In this document: positions 7,952-15,427 of the stretch, one piece after another
Layout: each line of letters begins with the position of its first letter
Numbering within the stretch: position 1 is the first letter of the stretch
Virus record (IMG/VR): IMGVR_UViG_3300024999_000025
Location: 1 to 38,180 of that record
Reading direction: 5' to 3' (one strand)
Source: a virus
Taxonomy: Duplodnaviria > Caudoviricetes
DNA: 38,180 nucleotides
The notes under the pieces: model-generated
What the model was told of the DNA's origin: nothing
The model's input: only the letters and a program-made list of their open reading frames with translations
The model's database searches: none
Made by a program: the position numbers and the translations under genes

Positions 7952-8590
7952 TCACCGTTTTATTATTGCCTGTATCTCTGCATATGTTAACCTTTCGGCA
8001 TTTGCCAACTCGTCAGGCGTTGCTTTAGACTTAAACAGGTCTATGTCTACATCGTAGTTGTAATTAGTATTTGTGGTACCTCCAGAGAGCTTTACATTGT
8101 CCGTAAACATGCCTAAATGCTTGCCTAACTGTACCAGTGCGTTATCTTTGCAATACTGTTTAAATTTAAATGTACCGTTAGGTCCCATTGATACCTCCGA
8201 TATATTACGCGTATCTATTGTGTTGCTATCTTTTAAGTCAATAATAGTTTTATAATCCGTTATAGGATTGCCTAGCTCATCACGCCCTACGACTGTTTTC
8301 TCCGTCCTGTACGATAAGTAGTTACTTATATCATCAAATGCTATGTGTGACAGCTCGTCGACTACCTTTTGTACTGTTAACATGTTCTTTTGCTTCAGTT
8401 CTTCGGTCAATTCTTCGATCCTTGCTGATACCTTGCTATCGTTAAACAATCTGCTTGCATTTTCGTCTATTGTCTTATTCATCATCTTATTGCAATTATA
8501 TGCGTCTTTATACGCCTCACGCTGGCTCATCCCGGCAAATAAGTTTTGAGCGTATCTCTCTTGTTTAATTGTCAACCCCTTGTTTGCCAT
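7952..8590 (-). CDS. terS: Terminase small subunit
   Basis: LTIKQERY...EAYKDAY N-terminal HTH, ELSHIAF, KDNALVQLGKHLGMF motifs. Confidence 0.9.
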   Translation of the reverse strand: MANKGLTIKQERYAQNLFAGMSQREAYKDAYNCNKMMNKTIDENASRLFNDSKVSARIEELTEELKQKNMLTVQKVVDELSHIAFDDISNYLSYRTEKTVVGRDELGNPITDYKTIIDLKDSNTIDTRNISEVSMGPNGTFKFKQYCKDNALVQLGKHLGMFTDNVKLSGGTTNTNYNYDVDIDLFKSKATPDELANAERLTYAEIQAIIKR

Positions 8591-8616
8591 TGTATTCACC
8601 TACCCATCTATATTAT

Positions 8617-8704
8617 TGGTGGGAATTACTCGGATTTGCACCGATAACAGCATTGTAATCATAGCTCTAGATACTCGATTACGCTGACCTATCTAAGGTT
8701 CCCA
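8617..8704 (-). ncRNA. tRNA-like element without a clear D-arm, immediately upstream of terS
   Basis: TGGGAA/TTCCCA-CCA ends; T-like arm TCGG-TGCAAAT-CCGA; central stem CAGC-GTAATC/GATTAC-AAT-GCTG. Confidence 0.5.
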
Positions 8705-8706
8705 TG

Positions 8707-8772
8707 TTTGCTCCCGACATTAATGTCGGTACCTGATTATATATATAACATAAAAAGAGCCTTTCAGCTCTC
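8707..8772. repeat. ~65-bp direct repeat, copy A (terminator, AT tract and GACAT palindrome)
   Basis: Aligns with 9773-9835; contains CCGACATTAATGTCGG and the GAGAGC-TGAAAG-GCTCTTTTT hairpin. Confidence 0.9.
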
Positions 8773-8928
8773 TTTGGCTTTTACCTCTATCTCTGCATTT
8801 AGACTTACAAATCTTATATACTCACTTATGCTCATGCCTTGTTGCTTTGCTTTACGCTCTATATTGTCATGCTCTTGTTGTGTGCATCTTATTGTGATGC
8901 TTGATTGACCATTTTTAGAGGATGGCAT
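8764..8928 (-). CDS. Ribbon-helix-helix regulator, cassette 2 (not in ORF track)
   Basis: MPSSKNGQSSITIRCTQQEHDNIERKAKQQGMSISEYIRFVSLNAEIEVKAKES; TAATG coupling. Confidence 0.8.
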   Translation of the reverse strand: MPSSKNGQSSITIRCTQQEHDNIERKAKQQGMSISEYIRFVSLNAEIEVKAKES

Positions 8929-9299
8929 TATTTATCCCCCTTCAATACACTATGTTTAATTTTGTCTAAACAATATGCTTTATCTTCTAAACATTCGTTA
9001 TTATTGTTATCCCATTTTTCACACTTTTCACAGATGTTTTCTCTGCAAAATAAATTACATGATTCATAAAATTCATTTTCACCAACTGGTTCATCTCTAT
9101 CTAAGCATTGGTATTCCCTAGATGCAAATTTATTTACTAAGTCCTGACATGATATGTGGCTTTTCCATTGCCAAATGTCATTACCATCAACGTAAAAAGC
9201 ATTATTATAAGTCTCGCCTTTTATTATTAATTTGCCACAATAACTGCAAATATGTTCTTTTATTGCTTTCGGTTTACTTTCCTTCAAAGAGGTGACCAT
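8928..9299 (-). CDS. Cys-rich putative Zn-binding cargo protein, cassette 2
   Basis: KAIKEHICSYCG...IKGETY...SHISC plus a C-terminal Cys cluster. Confidence 0.75.
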   Translation of the reverse strand: MVTSLKESKPKAIKEHICSYCGKLIIKGETYNNAFYVDGNDIWQWKSHISCQDLVNKFASREYQCLDRDEPVGENEFYESCNLFCRENICEKCEKWDNNNNECLEDKAYCLDKIKHSVLKGDK

Positions 9300-9469
9300 T
9301 AAATCACCCCCAATTCTACTATTCTGCCATACTTTAGTCCTAAAGTCATTACTGATGCTACTGCTGAATAGTCTTTATTATCCTTTGCTGATGGCATTAT
9401 ACTCCTTAATACGTTCAATGTTTCTTCGTCTGTGGTATAAGCAATACCATTCATTTCAAATTTCATCAT
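9299..9469 (-). CDS. Hypothetical cargo protein, 56 aa, cassette 2 (not in ORF track)
   Basis: MMKFEMNGIAYTTDEETLNVLRSI...; GAGAGGGG RBS; TAATG overlap. Confidence 0.7.
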   Translation of the reverse strand: MMKFEMNGIAYTTDEETLNVLRSIMPSAKDNKDYSAVASVMTLGLKYGRIVELGVI

Positions 9470-9505
9470 TTTTATTATCCCCTCTCAACTTGTTATCTTA
9501 ATACT

Positions 9506-9534
9506 ATTGTACTGCAATATACAGTACATGTCAA
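9506..9534 (-). promoter_or_regulatory. sigmaA-type promoter with palindromic operator
   Basis: TTGACA-17-TACAAT; IR TGTACTG-N7-CAGTACA at 9508-9528. Confidence 0.85.
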
Positions 9535-9553
9535 GGGGTATTTTAAAATTTAT

Positions 9554-9757
9554 TTAATTTCTTGATATACTTGCGTTTGCCCACATTACTGCGGTTTCTA
9601 GCTCTGTCATAGCTACTGCTTTTTCCCTGCTCTCCGGGCATAACGCATCAATTAAATTTGCTAATTCTTTTGCCTTATCTCTTAATGCTGTATACTTTTC
9701 TGGTTGCCCCTCTTTGGGCGAATGATATTTAAAGTTGTTTTCAATTTGATTATTCAT
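9554..9757 (-). CDS. Acb2/Tad1-like helical-hairpin protein (putative immune-signal sponge)
   Basis: FKYHSP...Q..Y..LR..A..LA...CPESREKAVAMTELETAVMWANASI pattern; AAGGAG RBS. Confidence 0.7.
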   Translation of the reverse strand: MNNQIENNFKYHSPKEGQPEKYTALRDKAKELANLIDALCPESREKAVAMTELETAVMWANASISRN

Positions 9758-9772
9758 ATTTATCTCCTTGTA

Positions 9773-9835
9773 TTTGCTAGGGACATTGATGTCCTTACCT
9801 GATTATATATAACAAAAAAGAGCCTTTCAGCTCTC
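9773..9835. repeat. ~65-bp direct repeat, copy B
   Basis: GGACATTGATGTCC palindrome plus the same terminator as copy A. Confidence 0.9.
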
Positions 9836-9994
9836 GTTGTAATACTTGAACAATTCTCTTATCTGTTCCCTTATCCATTCTATTCTACTTTTATATTTAT
9901 AGTGTTTTAATATCTTGTCAAACTCTTTTTCAAACTCTTGTTTTTCCTCTATCGTATCGTGATCTATTCTTATCTCTGTATATATACGAGGCAT
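9827..9994 (-). CDS. Ribbon-helix-helix (CopG/NikR-like) regulator, cassette 3 (not in ORF track)
   Basis: MPRIYTEIRIDHDTIEEKQEFEKEFDKILKHYKYKSRIEWIREQIRELFKYYNES; TAATG coupling. Confidence 0.65.
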   Translation of the reverse strand: MPRIYTEIRIDHDTIEEKQEFEKEFDKILKHYKYKSRIEWIREQIRELFKYYNES

Positions 9995-10293
9995 TATATC
10001 ACCTCTTGTAATTTATTCTCTGCATCTTCTTTCGATGTGTACAAAAAGTTATCTGCCCATATAAACCATCTGTACTCCATGTAACCATATTTGTTTTTAA
10101 ATTCAAAATCTACCCTAAACCTCTCGTATCCTTTATGGTTCGAATATTCGACTTTATTAACAGTAGCTTTCTGTATATATGGTTTTTCATTGTTGGTTAT
10201 ATTAGCACTTTTTGGAAACTCTATGAAATAAACGCTATCGCCAACATTTGTATATAGCTCTATCATTTTATTTTTTATTATTTTATTGCTCAT
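9994..10293 (-). CDS. Hypothetical cargo protein, cassette 3
   Basis: VGDSVY...LYTSKEDAE pattern common in small phage proteins. Confidence 0.75.
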   Translation of the reverse strand: MSNKIIKNKMIELYTNVGDSVYFIEFPKSANITNNEKPYIQKATVNKVEYSNHKGYERFRVDFEFKNKYGYMEYRWFIWADNFLYTSKEDAENKLQEVI

Positions 10294-10621
10294 AGCATTT
10301 CACATCCCTTCTAGGTCTGCCACCCTTTTTACCGTTTGCCCTGGCTGCTGCTGTCTTTGCCTCTGTCTTTGCACTGCCTCCCATTTTGCCTATCTCGCTT
10401 GCTGTTAGCTCCATTGTTGCTTCAACCGCCTCTTTAAATAGAGGTTCGTACGGCATTATTATTTCAGTGTGCGTTGATAATCTTCTTTCGACTTTTACCG
10501 TGTTTACTAGCTCTCCTGCTGTCTTACCTGCTTCCATACGTTCTTTCCAATCTGCTCCACATTGTATGTTTTCCTCGCGAATTACTGTTAGGTCTTTATA
10601 TTGTCTTGTGCTTGTTATCAT
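10283..10621 (-). CDS. Cargo protein with basic C-terminal KGGRPR motif (putative DNA binding), cassette 3
   Basis: IGKMGGSAKTEAKTAAARANGKKGGRPRR. Confidence 0.75.
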   Translation of the reverse strand: MITSTRQYKDLTVIREENIQCGADWKERMEAGKTAGELVNTVKVERRLSTHTEIIMPYEPLFKEAVEATMELTASEIGKMGGSAKTEAKTAAARANGKKGGRPRRDVKCYEQ

Positions 10622-10633
10622 AATTATCACCCC

Positions 10634-10828
10634 CTAATATGACATTGCTTGTCGCATTGCGTCTTTGTGATAATCATGCTCTATATTGTCTAAGTCGTTT
10701 TGTGATACTGTAAGCCCTACTCCGTACATGTCATTTATCATTTCTGTTTGTTTTGCTGCTGCTTTGCTGTTTGTTTTGCTTATATTTTGCATTGCCTCCT
10801 CTTTTGTTGTATAAACTATTTTAGCCAT
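10634..10828 (-). CDS. Hypothetical cargo protein, cassette 3
   Basis: GGAGG RBS; first gene after promoter. Confidence 0.75.
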   Translation of the reverse strand: MAKIVYTTKEEAMQNISKTNSKAAAKQTEMINDMYGVGLTVSQNDLDNIEHDYHKDAMRQAMSY

Positions 10829-10875
10829 ATCATACCTCCACTGTGCGGAGCCTTATATCTCCCGTCCACAATCTT

Positions 10876-10905
10876 AGTATAAACCCAAGTACTTGGGTAT
10901 GTCAA
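10876..10905 (-). promoter_or_regulatory. sigmaA-type promoter with palindromic operator
   Basis: TTGACA-18-TATACT; perfect 16-bp palindrome ACCCAAGTACTTGGGT at 10883-10898. Confidence 0.85.
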
Positions 10906-10956
10906 CTGTTATTTTAAATTATTTTTGGATTATTTTTACTTGCCTATATATGCATA

Positions 10957-11094
10957 CTATTCTCGATCCGGCTTTACATCTGCAAACAATATGTCTATTT
11001 GCTCCTGTTCTAATACAAATACTACAACAGGTCCATTTTTACGTACGTATGTTACTTTTAGATCATTACTCTTATCTAATTTAATAATAATCAC
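10957..11094 (-). CDS. Small hypothetical protein, start uncertain (GTG or ATT)
   Basis: GAGGGTG SD followed by ATT codons; IKLDKSNDLKVTYVRKNGPVVVFVLEQ... Confidence 0.4.
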   Translation of the reverse strand: MIIIKLDKSNDLKVTYVRKNGPVVVFVLEQEQIDILFADVKPDRE

Positions 11095-11109
11095 CCTCTA
11101 AAATAAATA

Positions 11110-11180
11110 ATGCCTAGAGAGGGATTCGAACCCTCGTTGTTTCCTTACTGGGAGTTGCTCCTCCATACGCTACTAGGCAT
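11110..11180 (-). pseudogene. Degenerate tRNA-like element
   Basis: ATGCCTAG/CTAGGCAT outer stem; canonical T-arm GAGGG-TTCGAAT-CCCTC; D and anticodon arms not canonical; no CCA. Confidence 0.65.
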
Positions 11181-11354
11181 ATTTACTTAACATATCCGGT
11201 CCCGCCCTACCGTTTACGATATGTACTTACCCTCTGGCACCATATCCAGCACACAACAAAAATAGCCCCGGGGGATTGGGACTATAAATAACAAAACCCG
11301 TAATCGCTATGCAAAAACAGGATTCTTTTTCTACTCATGGTAGACAAGCATTAA

Positions 11355-11389
11355 AAAAGCCTAATACTTTTACTAGTACTAGGCTTTTT
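11355..11389. terminator. Intrinsic terminator, possibly bidirectional
   Basis: AAAAAGCCTA-ATACT...AGTAC-TAGGCTTTTT. Confidence 0.65.
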
Positions 11390-11550
11390 GTATAGTATGC
11401 ATCACCGATTTTTTTAAGGCTCGGTGTAACCGTTTTGTTTTTATTGCACAGTTGGGGATGCACCCTTTTCGATGCACCCGACTTGCGCAATTTTACTGCT
11501 AAACGAGTATAAAAAATTAACTACCGTTTTAAACTTTAAAGACAATATCA

Positions 11551-12018
11551 TTATTGCATATATAAAGTGCCATTTAGTGCCATGTTTGTTTTAGTGTTTT
11601 GTTTTATCTTTTTTATTGCATCATTGTGTACCCTAAAACACTCTCTCCTACTATAGTGCATCTTAGCAGGGATCCAATCCCACCTCATGCGGTCAAAATA
11701 CCTCAATTCTAGCACTCTTTTCTCGTCCCTTTCTAATACCATCCACGCACTGTCTACTTCCTCTTTTACGTCCATATACTCGTTTATCTGGTCAATTATA
11801 TGCAATGTATGCTCGCCGTATCTATCTATTAACTGTATTGTTGCTGTCAAGGTTGGGTTACTTATGTCCCCACCCTTTGGCATGTCTGACAGGTGTTGAG
11901 CCTGTAACATATCTCTAGTCTCATCCTTGTAACTGTTTATATCGTTTAGGTCTTTATTTAGCCTTTGTATCTCTTGCGGTATATCTGGGTATAAAATCAA
12001 CTTTTGTTCTATAGTCAT
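11551..12018 (-). CDS. ArpU/RinA-family late transcriptional regulator
   Basis: LSDMPKGG, VLELRY, W..I...MHYSRR.CFR.H..AI sigma-region-4-like C-terminus; last early gene. Confidence 0.85.
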   Translation of the reverse strand: MTIEQKLILYPDIPQEIQRLNKDLNDINSYKDETRDMLQAQHLSDMPKGGDISNPTLTATIQLIDRYGEHTLHIIDQINEYMDVKEEVDSAWMVLERDEKRVLELRYFDRMRWDWIPAKMHYSRRECFRVHNDAIKKIKQNTKTNMALNGTLYMQ

Positions 12019-12043
12019 ATTCAACCCCCAATTTTACTTTTGT

Positions 12044-12649
12044 TTATACTGCCATCACATGAAATGTTTCACAGAACTTGTCCTTGCCATCATTGACCAT
12101 CTTTGTTTTGTGTATATCGCATAAAGGTATTTGCTTGCCATCTTTCATGCTGTAGGCTTTTCCTGCTTCACTACACACACAACACTTTTGTTTCTTTATG
12201 CACATTCTAATAATTGCTTCTATATCGCTATTACCTGTTGTAGGGTTCTCTGATAGTGGTACATCATGTTCAAAGCAAAATTCTATAAGCCAATTAATGA
12301 AATCCCCCGCTACTTCTGCTTTACAATCCGATAAGCTGAATATTTCTATTTCTCTCACTCCGCAATATGCAAGCTTCATTGTTTGTTTTTGGCTTTCTGT
12401 ATCTTCTCCTGAGTACTCTGCAATGTCTTTTATGATTGCATATATCTTCTTTCTTTGGTCTGGTGTGATCTGATTCATTATTTCAATTTGCTTCGGTAAA
12501 TCGGTCAATATTTCGATTGTCAAAGGCATTTTCATAAATCCATTAATATTTTTTAAAAAGTCTTCCGAATCCTTATCATCTATAGTAAATACTATCTTTA
12601 AGCAGTTTTTTTGTCTTCTAAATGTGTCTATAACGCAAGGTATACGCAT
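12044..12649 (-). CDS. DUF968 / putative HNHc-nuclease-like protein
   Basis: ITPDQRKKIYAIIKDIA, FSLSDC, FINWLIEFCFEHDVPL, CCVC...LCDIH; the HNH segment looks shortened. Confidence 0.7.
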   Translation of the reverse strand: MRIPCVIDTFRRQKNCLKIVFTIDDKDSEDFLKNINGFMKMPLTIEILTDLPKQIEIMNQITPDQRKKIYAIIKDIAEYSGEDTESQKQTMKLAYCGVREIEIFSLSDCKAEVAGDFINWLIEFCFEHDVPLSENPTTGNSDIEAIIRMCIKKQKCCVCSEAGKAYSMKDGKQIPLCDIHKTKMVNDGKDKFCETFHVMAV

Positions 12650-12653
12650 ACTC

Positions 12654-12827
12654 TTAGCCCTCCTGCTTATCTATATAGCTCTGATATCCAGCCAGCCACA
12701 TCTTTGCATTGCTTACAGCATCTTTTTCTCCGTCTACTAATGATTTTATTAAGTCTACTGTATCAGTCAAGCAGTCCAACGCTCTCTTGTTTAGTTCTTG
12801 TGCTTTTTCTAGCTCTGTTTTATCCAT
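12654..12827 (-). CDS. Hypothetical protein, 57 aa (not in ORF track)
   Basis: GGAGG RBS; MDKTELEKAQELNKRALDCL...; fills an operon gap. Confidence 0.65.
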   Translation of the reverse strand: MDKTELEKAQELNKRALDCLTDTVDLIKSLVDGEKDAVSNAKMWLAGYQSYIDKQEG

Positions 12828-12830
12828 TGT

Positions 12831-13103
12831 TTAGCCCTCCAATACTTGTTTTATTGCCGTCCACAGTGCATCGCATAATTCTTTTTCTACGTAATAAACG
12901 CAACTTGCATCTTTGTACATTTCTATTTGCCAGCCATCCCCGATTAGTTCGATCCCGAATATTTTGTCTTCTAATATCTCTATCATCCTGCCTATATTAA
13001 AGCATTCAGCTCTGCTAAATATCGAATCTGTATCATCCTCTAATTTTCTGCGTTGCTCTTTTGTTACTTCGCTAAATTGATCCCATGTAATACACTGTTT
13101 CAT
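12831..13103 (-). CDS. Hypothetical phage protein
   Basis: MKQCIT...NIGRMIEIL...ELCDALW pattern; RBS present. Confidence 0.75.
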   Translation of the reverse strand: MKQCITWDQFSEVTKEQRRKLEDDTDSIFSRAECFNIGRMIEILEDKIFGIELIGDGWQIEMYKDASCVYYVEKELCDALWTAIKQVLEG

Positions 13104-13117
13104 GTTATCTATCCCCC

Positions 13118-13606
13118 TTATATAATCTGCTGTTTATCCTTCAAATACATATCTGAGTAAGTTACCCCTACCGCTATTGCTGACCATACATCTTTACTTA
13201 CTCCGTAAAACCATCCGGGATTCTTTTTTACTCCAACTTCTCCGAATCTATCTATTAACGCCTGTCTTATGTTGCCATCTTTGGCTTTCATGCTTTGGCA
13301 TAGATTTATCTTTTCATCCTTGCGATATATCATTGTTTTTGTTACTTCTCCTTTTGACCAATGGCTAACTATTTCCCAAAATCTACCTATCCAAAACACT
13401 GTATCAAATACTTCCTTGCCTACTGCCATGCCATAACTAGCTACCATCTCTATTGCGAAATATTTAAAATCTTTATTATAAAGAGCTCCAACTATAATTG
13501 CTTCTAAATGTTGGTTTAATACTTTTTTAAATTCTATAGGCTTCAAGTTTTCATCCAGTATTACATATGCCGACTCTGTACATCCCGGGTCTATTGCTAA
13601 TATCAT
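13118..13606 (-). CDS. RuvC-like Holliday junction resolvase
   Basis: ILAIDPG...IEM...DVWSAIAV RNase H-fold motifs. Confidence 0.8.
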   Translation of the reverse strand: MILAIDPGCTESAYVILDENLKPIEFKKVLNQHLEAIIVGALYNKDFKYFAIEMVASYGMAVGKEVFDTVFWIGRFWEIVSHWSKGEVTKTMIYRKDEKINLCQSMKAKDGNIRQALIDRFGEVGVKKNPGWFYGVSKDVWSAIAVGVTYSDMYLKDKQQII

Positions 13607-13878
13607 GCTGACACCTCACCATCTAAATAATTTCTTCCGAATATTTTTACAAATTGATCTTTACTGTATAATTTTTCAAATATCTGTTGAAACTCTCTAT
13701 GTAGACTATCCATTAAATCTTTGTTAAAATGTACTCCATCATTACTCATGTTGTGATGATAGGCGCAAAGGTAAACGTATAGCTTGTATTTTTCTGACCA
13801 TTTGCGATTTGCGCCACCGAACACATGGTGCTTATGGAGATTTAATGTTGTGCTACATACATAACATTCTTTTTCCAT
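13603..13878 (-). CDS. Zn-binding HNH-like protein
   Basis: CYVC...LHKHHVFGG.NR..SE...LCAYHH. Confidence 0.7.
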   Translation of the reverse strand: MEKECYVCSTTLNLHKHHVFGGANRKWSEKYKLYVYLCAYHHNMSNDGVHFNKDLMDSLHREFQQIFEKLYSKDQFVKIFGRNYLDGEVSA

Positions 13879-13889
13879 ATTGCACCTCA

Positions 13890-14198
13890 TTATTGATTAT
13901 CCTCCGTCCCTAGCGCAAACATTATCCTACAAAATGCATGTCCTAAGTGATCGTCTTGCGTATCTCCTGCCATATAAGCATATAAATGTATTAAAGCGTG
14001 GTTAATATGGTCTTGTCGGTTTATCTTCTTCCAATTCCACTCACCGTATTTATTAGCACCTTCGCTTAAAATTTTAGTTAGCTCAAATATTGCGTCTGTA
14101 TCTATTAAGTCAAATCTATAATTTACTGCACTTTGTTTTCCACCAGACTTATTAGTTATTATTGGTGCGTCCTTCCCTACTCCCATAACTATGCTCAT
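13890..14198 (-). CDS. DUF5664 / dATP-dGTP diphosphohydrolase-domain protein
   Basis: FDLID...GANKYGEWNW...HAL.HL...DHLGHA; start moved to ATG 14198. Confidence 0.75.
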   Translation of the reverse strand: MSIVMGVGKDAPIITNKSGGKQSAVNYRFDLIDTDAIFELTKILSEGANKYGEWNWKKINRQDHINHALIHLYAYMAGDTQDDHLGHAFCRIMFALGTEDNQ

Positions 14199-14199
14199 T

Positions 14200-14643
14200 C
14201 TATTTCTCCCCCTTTGTATCTTTATATTTTGGGCACGTAGCAGGACAATATTTATCGTGCTTATTACATTTACTATATTGTGCAATTTCATAACAAACAT
14301 CTTTAATCTTCTCTGCTTCCTGCTTATGCATTGCTAGTTCAGCATCTTTTTCGGCTATTATTTTTAAACATATTGCTTCTTGTCTTGCTATCTCTTCATC
14401 CTTTTGATGTATAAGTGTATTTAAGCTCTCTATTGTCTGCTGTTGGGTTACTATTTCCTCCATTCGGCATATCAACGCTTTACGTAATCCTGCGATCTCT
14501 TTATCCTTTTGCTGTATAAGTGTAGTAAGTTCTGTTTCTGCTTCGTTATATTCTCGCCTCAATATACTTGCTTGGGTAGAAGTCAACATTCCTTTTTTGC
14601 CTAAATGATTTATATTTTCTCTTAGCTTATCCATTATCTCCAT
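14200..14643 (-). CDS. Coiled-coil hypothetical protein with Cys-rich C-terminus
   Basis: Internal repeats TLIQQKDKEIA / TLIHQKDEEIA / IIAEKDAELA. Confidence 0.7.
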   Translation of the reverse strand: MEIMDKLRENINHLGKKGMLTSTQASILRREYNEAETELTTLIQQKDKEIAGLRKALICRMEEIVTQQQTIESLNTLIHQKDEEIARQEAICLKIIAEKDAELAMHKQEAEKIKDVCYEIAQYSKCNKHDKYCPATCPKYKDTKGEK

Positions 14644-14833
14644 TACTGTTTACCTCCAAATTTTCGCCACACATAGGGCAGTATTTTATTGGCATACTTA
14701 CATCAATATCAGAGCATTGCGGTGGCGAATATACCCAAATTTCTTTAGTCTTTACATGTACATGGATATGGACTTCTTCAGTGTCATGGTCCCAATATGT
14801 AATCCCCTTGCACCATTTACAACTCATCTCCAA
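14627..14833 (-). CDS. Small Zn-ribbon protein
   Basis: CKWC...IKYCPMCG. Confidence 0.75.
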   Translation of the reverse strand: MEMSCKWCKGITYWDHDTEEVHIHVHVKTKEIWVYSPPQCSDIDVSMPIKYCPMCGENLEVNSNGDNG

Positions 14834-14841
14834 TACCTCCC

Positions 14842-15057
14842 CTAATAAATATCATTACCGTTTGTTATTTCTTCCCATTGTTGCTCTATAAAGTCCCTCA
14901 CCATATTAGGTCTTATTTCGCCTCTTATTTGTCTCATTATGTCTTCAATTTTATGCGATAAAAATCCAACTAGCTCAAATGCATTAAATCCATTACATTC
15001 GCCTTTCATTTTTAACCCATTTTCAGTTTCAGTTATTTCTAATATGTATTTTTTCAT
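14842..15057 (-). CDS. Hypothetical protein
   Basis: GGGGGA RBS; MKKYILEITE...GFNAFELVG. Confidence 0.7.
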   Translation of the reverse strand: MKKYILEITETENGLKMKGECNGFNAFELVGFLSHKIEDIMRQIRGEIRPNMVRDFIEQQWEEITNGNDIY

Positions 15058-15299
15058 GCTAATTCCCCCTGTGCTTTTCTTCTTGCCCATGCCTTTTTAA
15101 CTCTCTCACTTGCCTTATCGTGGGCTACATATGTGTCTATATACACTGGCTTTTTGTATGGTGTTGTTTTATATTTCGCTAGTTCCTCCGGCGTCATCTG
15201 ATATGTTTTTCCTGTTAAATCAACATTAGATTCGCAATGTGTGTTTAGTCCCGGGGAGCATATGTTGTTTACTAGGTTAAATCTATGTAGTCTAGCCAT
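15054..15299 (-). CDS. Hypothetical protein
   Basis: TYQMTPEELAKY motif; GAGG RBS. Confidence 0.7.
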   Translation of the reverse strand: MARLHRFNLVNNICSPGLNTHCESNVDLTGKTYQMTPEELAKYKTTPYKKPVYIDTYVAHDKASERVKKAWARRKAQGELA

Positions 15300-15427
15300 T
15301 ACCTCACCTCACTCTTAGTAAATTTCTCGCAGGATTCAAGCCCCGGTACTCTATATCCCAATAACTTGCATACTCTATCTACCCAATGTCGGCAGTTTTG
15401 GCATCTTTCAGGATTTATTGTCCACAT
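15299..15427 (-). CDS. 42-aa Cys-rich peptide (not in ORF track)
   Basis: MWTINPERCQNCRHW...C...CEKF; TAATG coupling to the next gene. Confidence 0.5.
   Translation of the reverse strand: MWTINPERCQNCRHWVDRVCKLLGYRVPGLESCEKFTKSEVR

Noticed and set aside
13890-14198. 2-aminoadenine (Z) genome pathway
   Set aside because: Only a DUF5664-like domain; no PurZ, HD-family dATPase or phage DNA polymerase recognised
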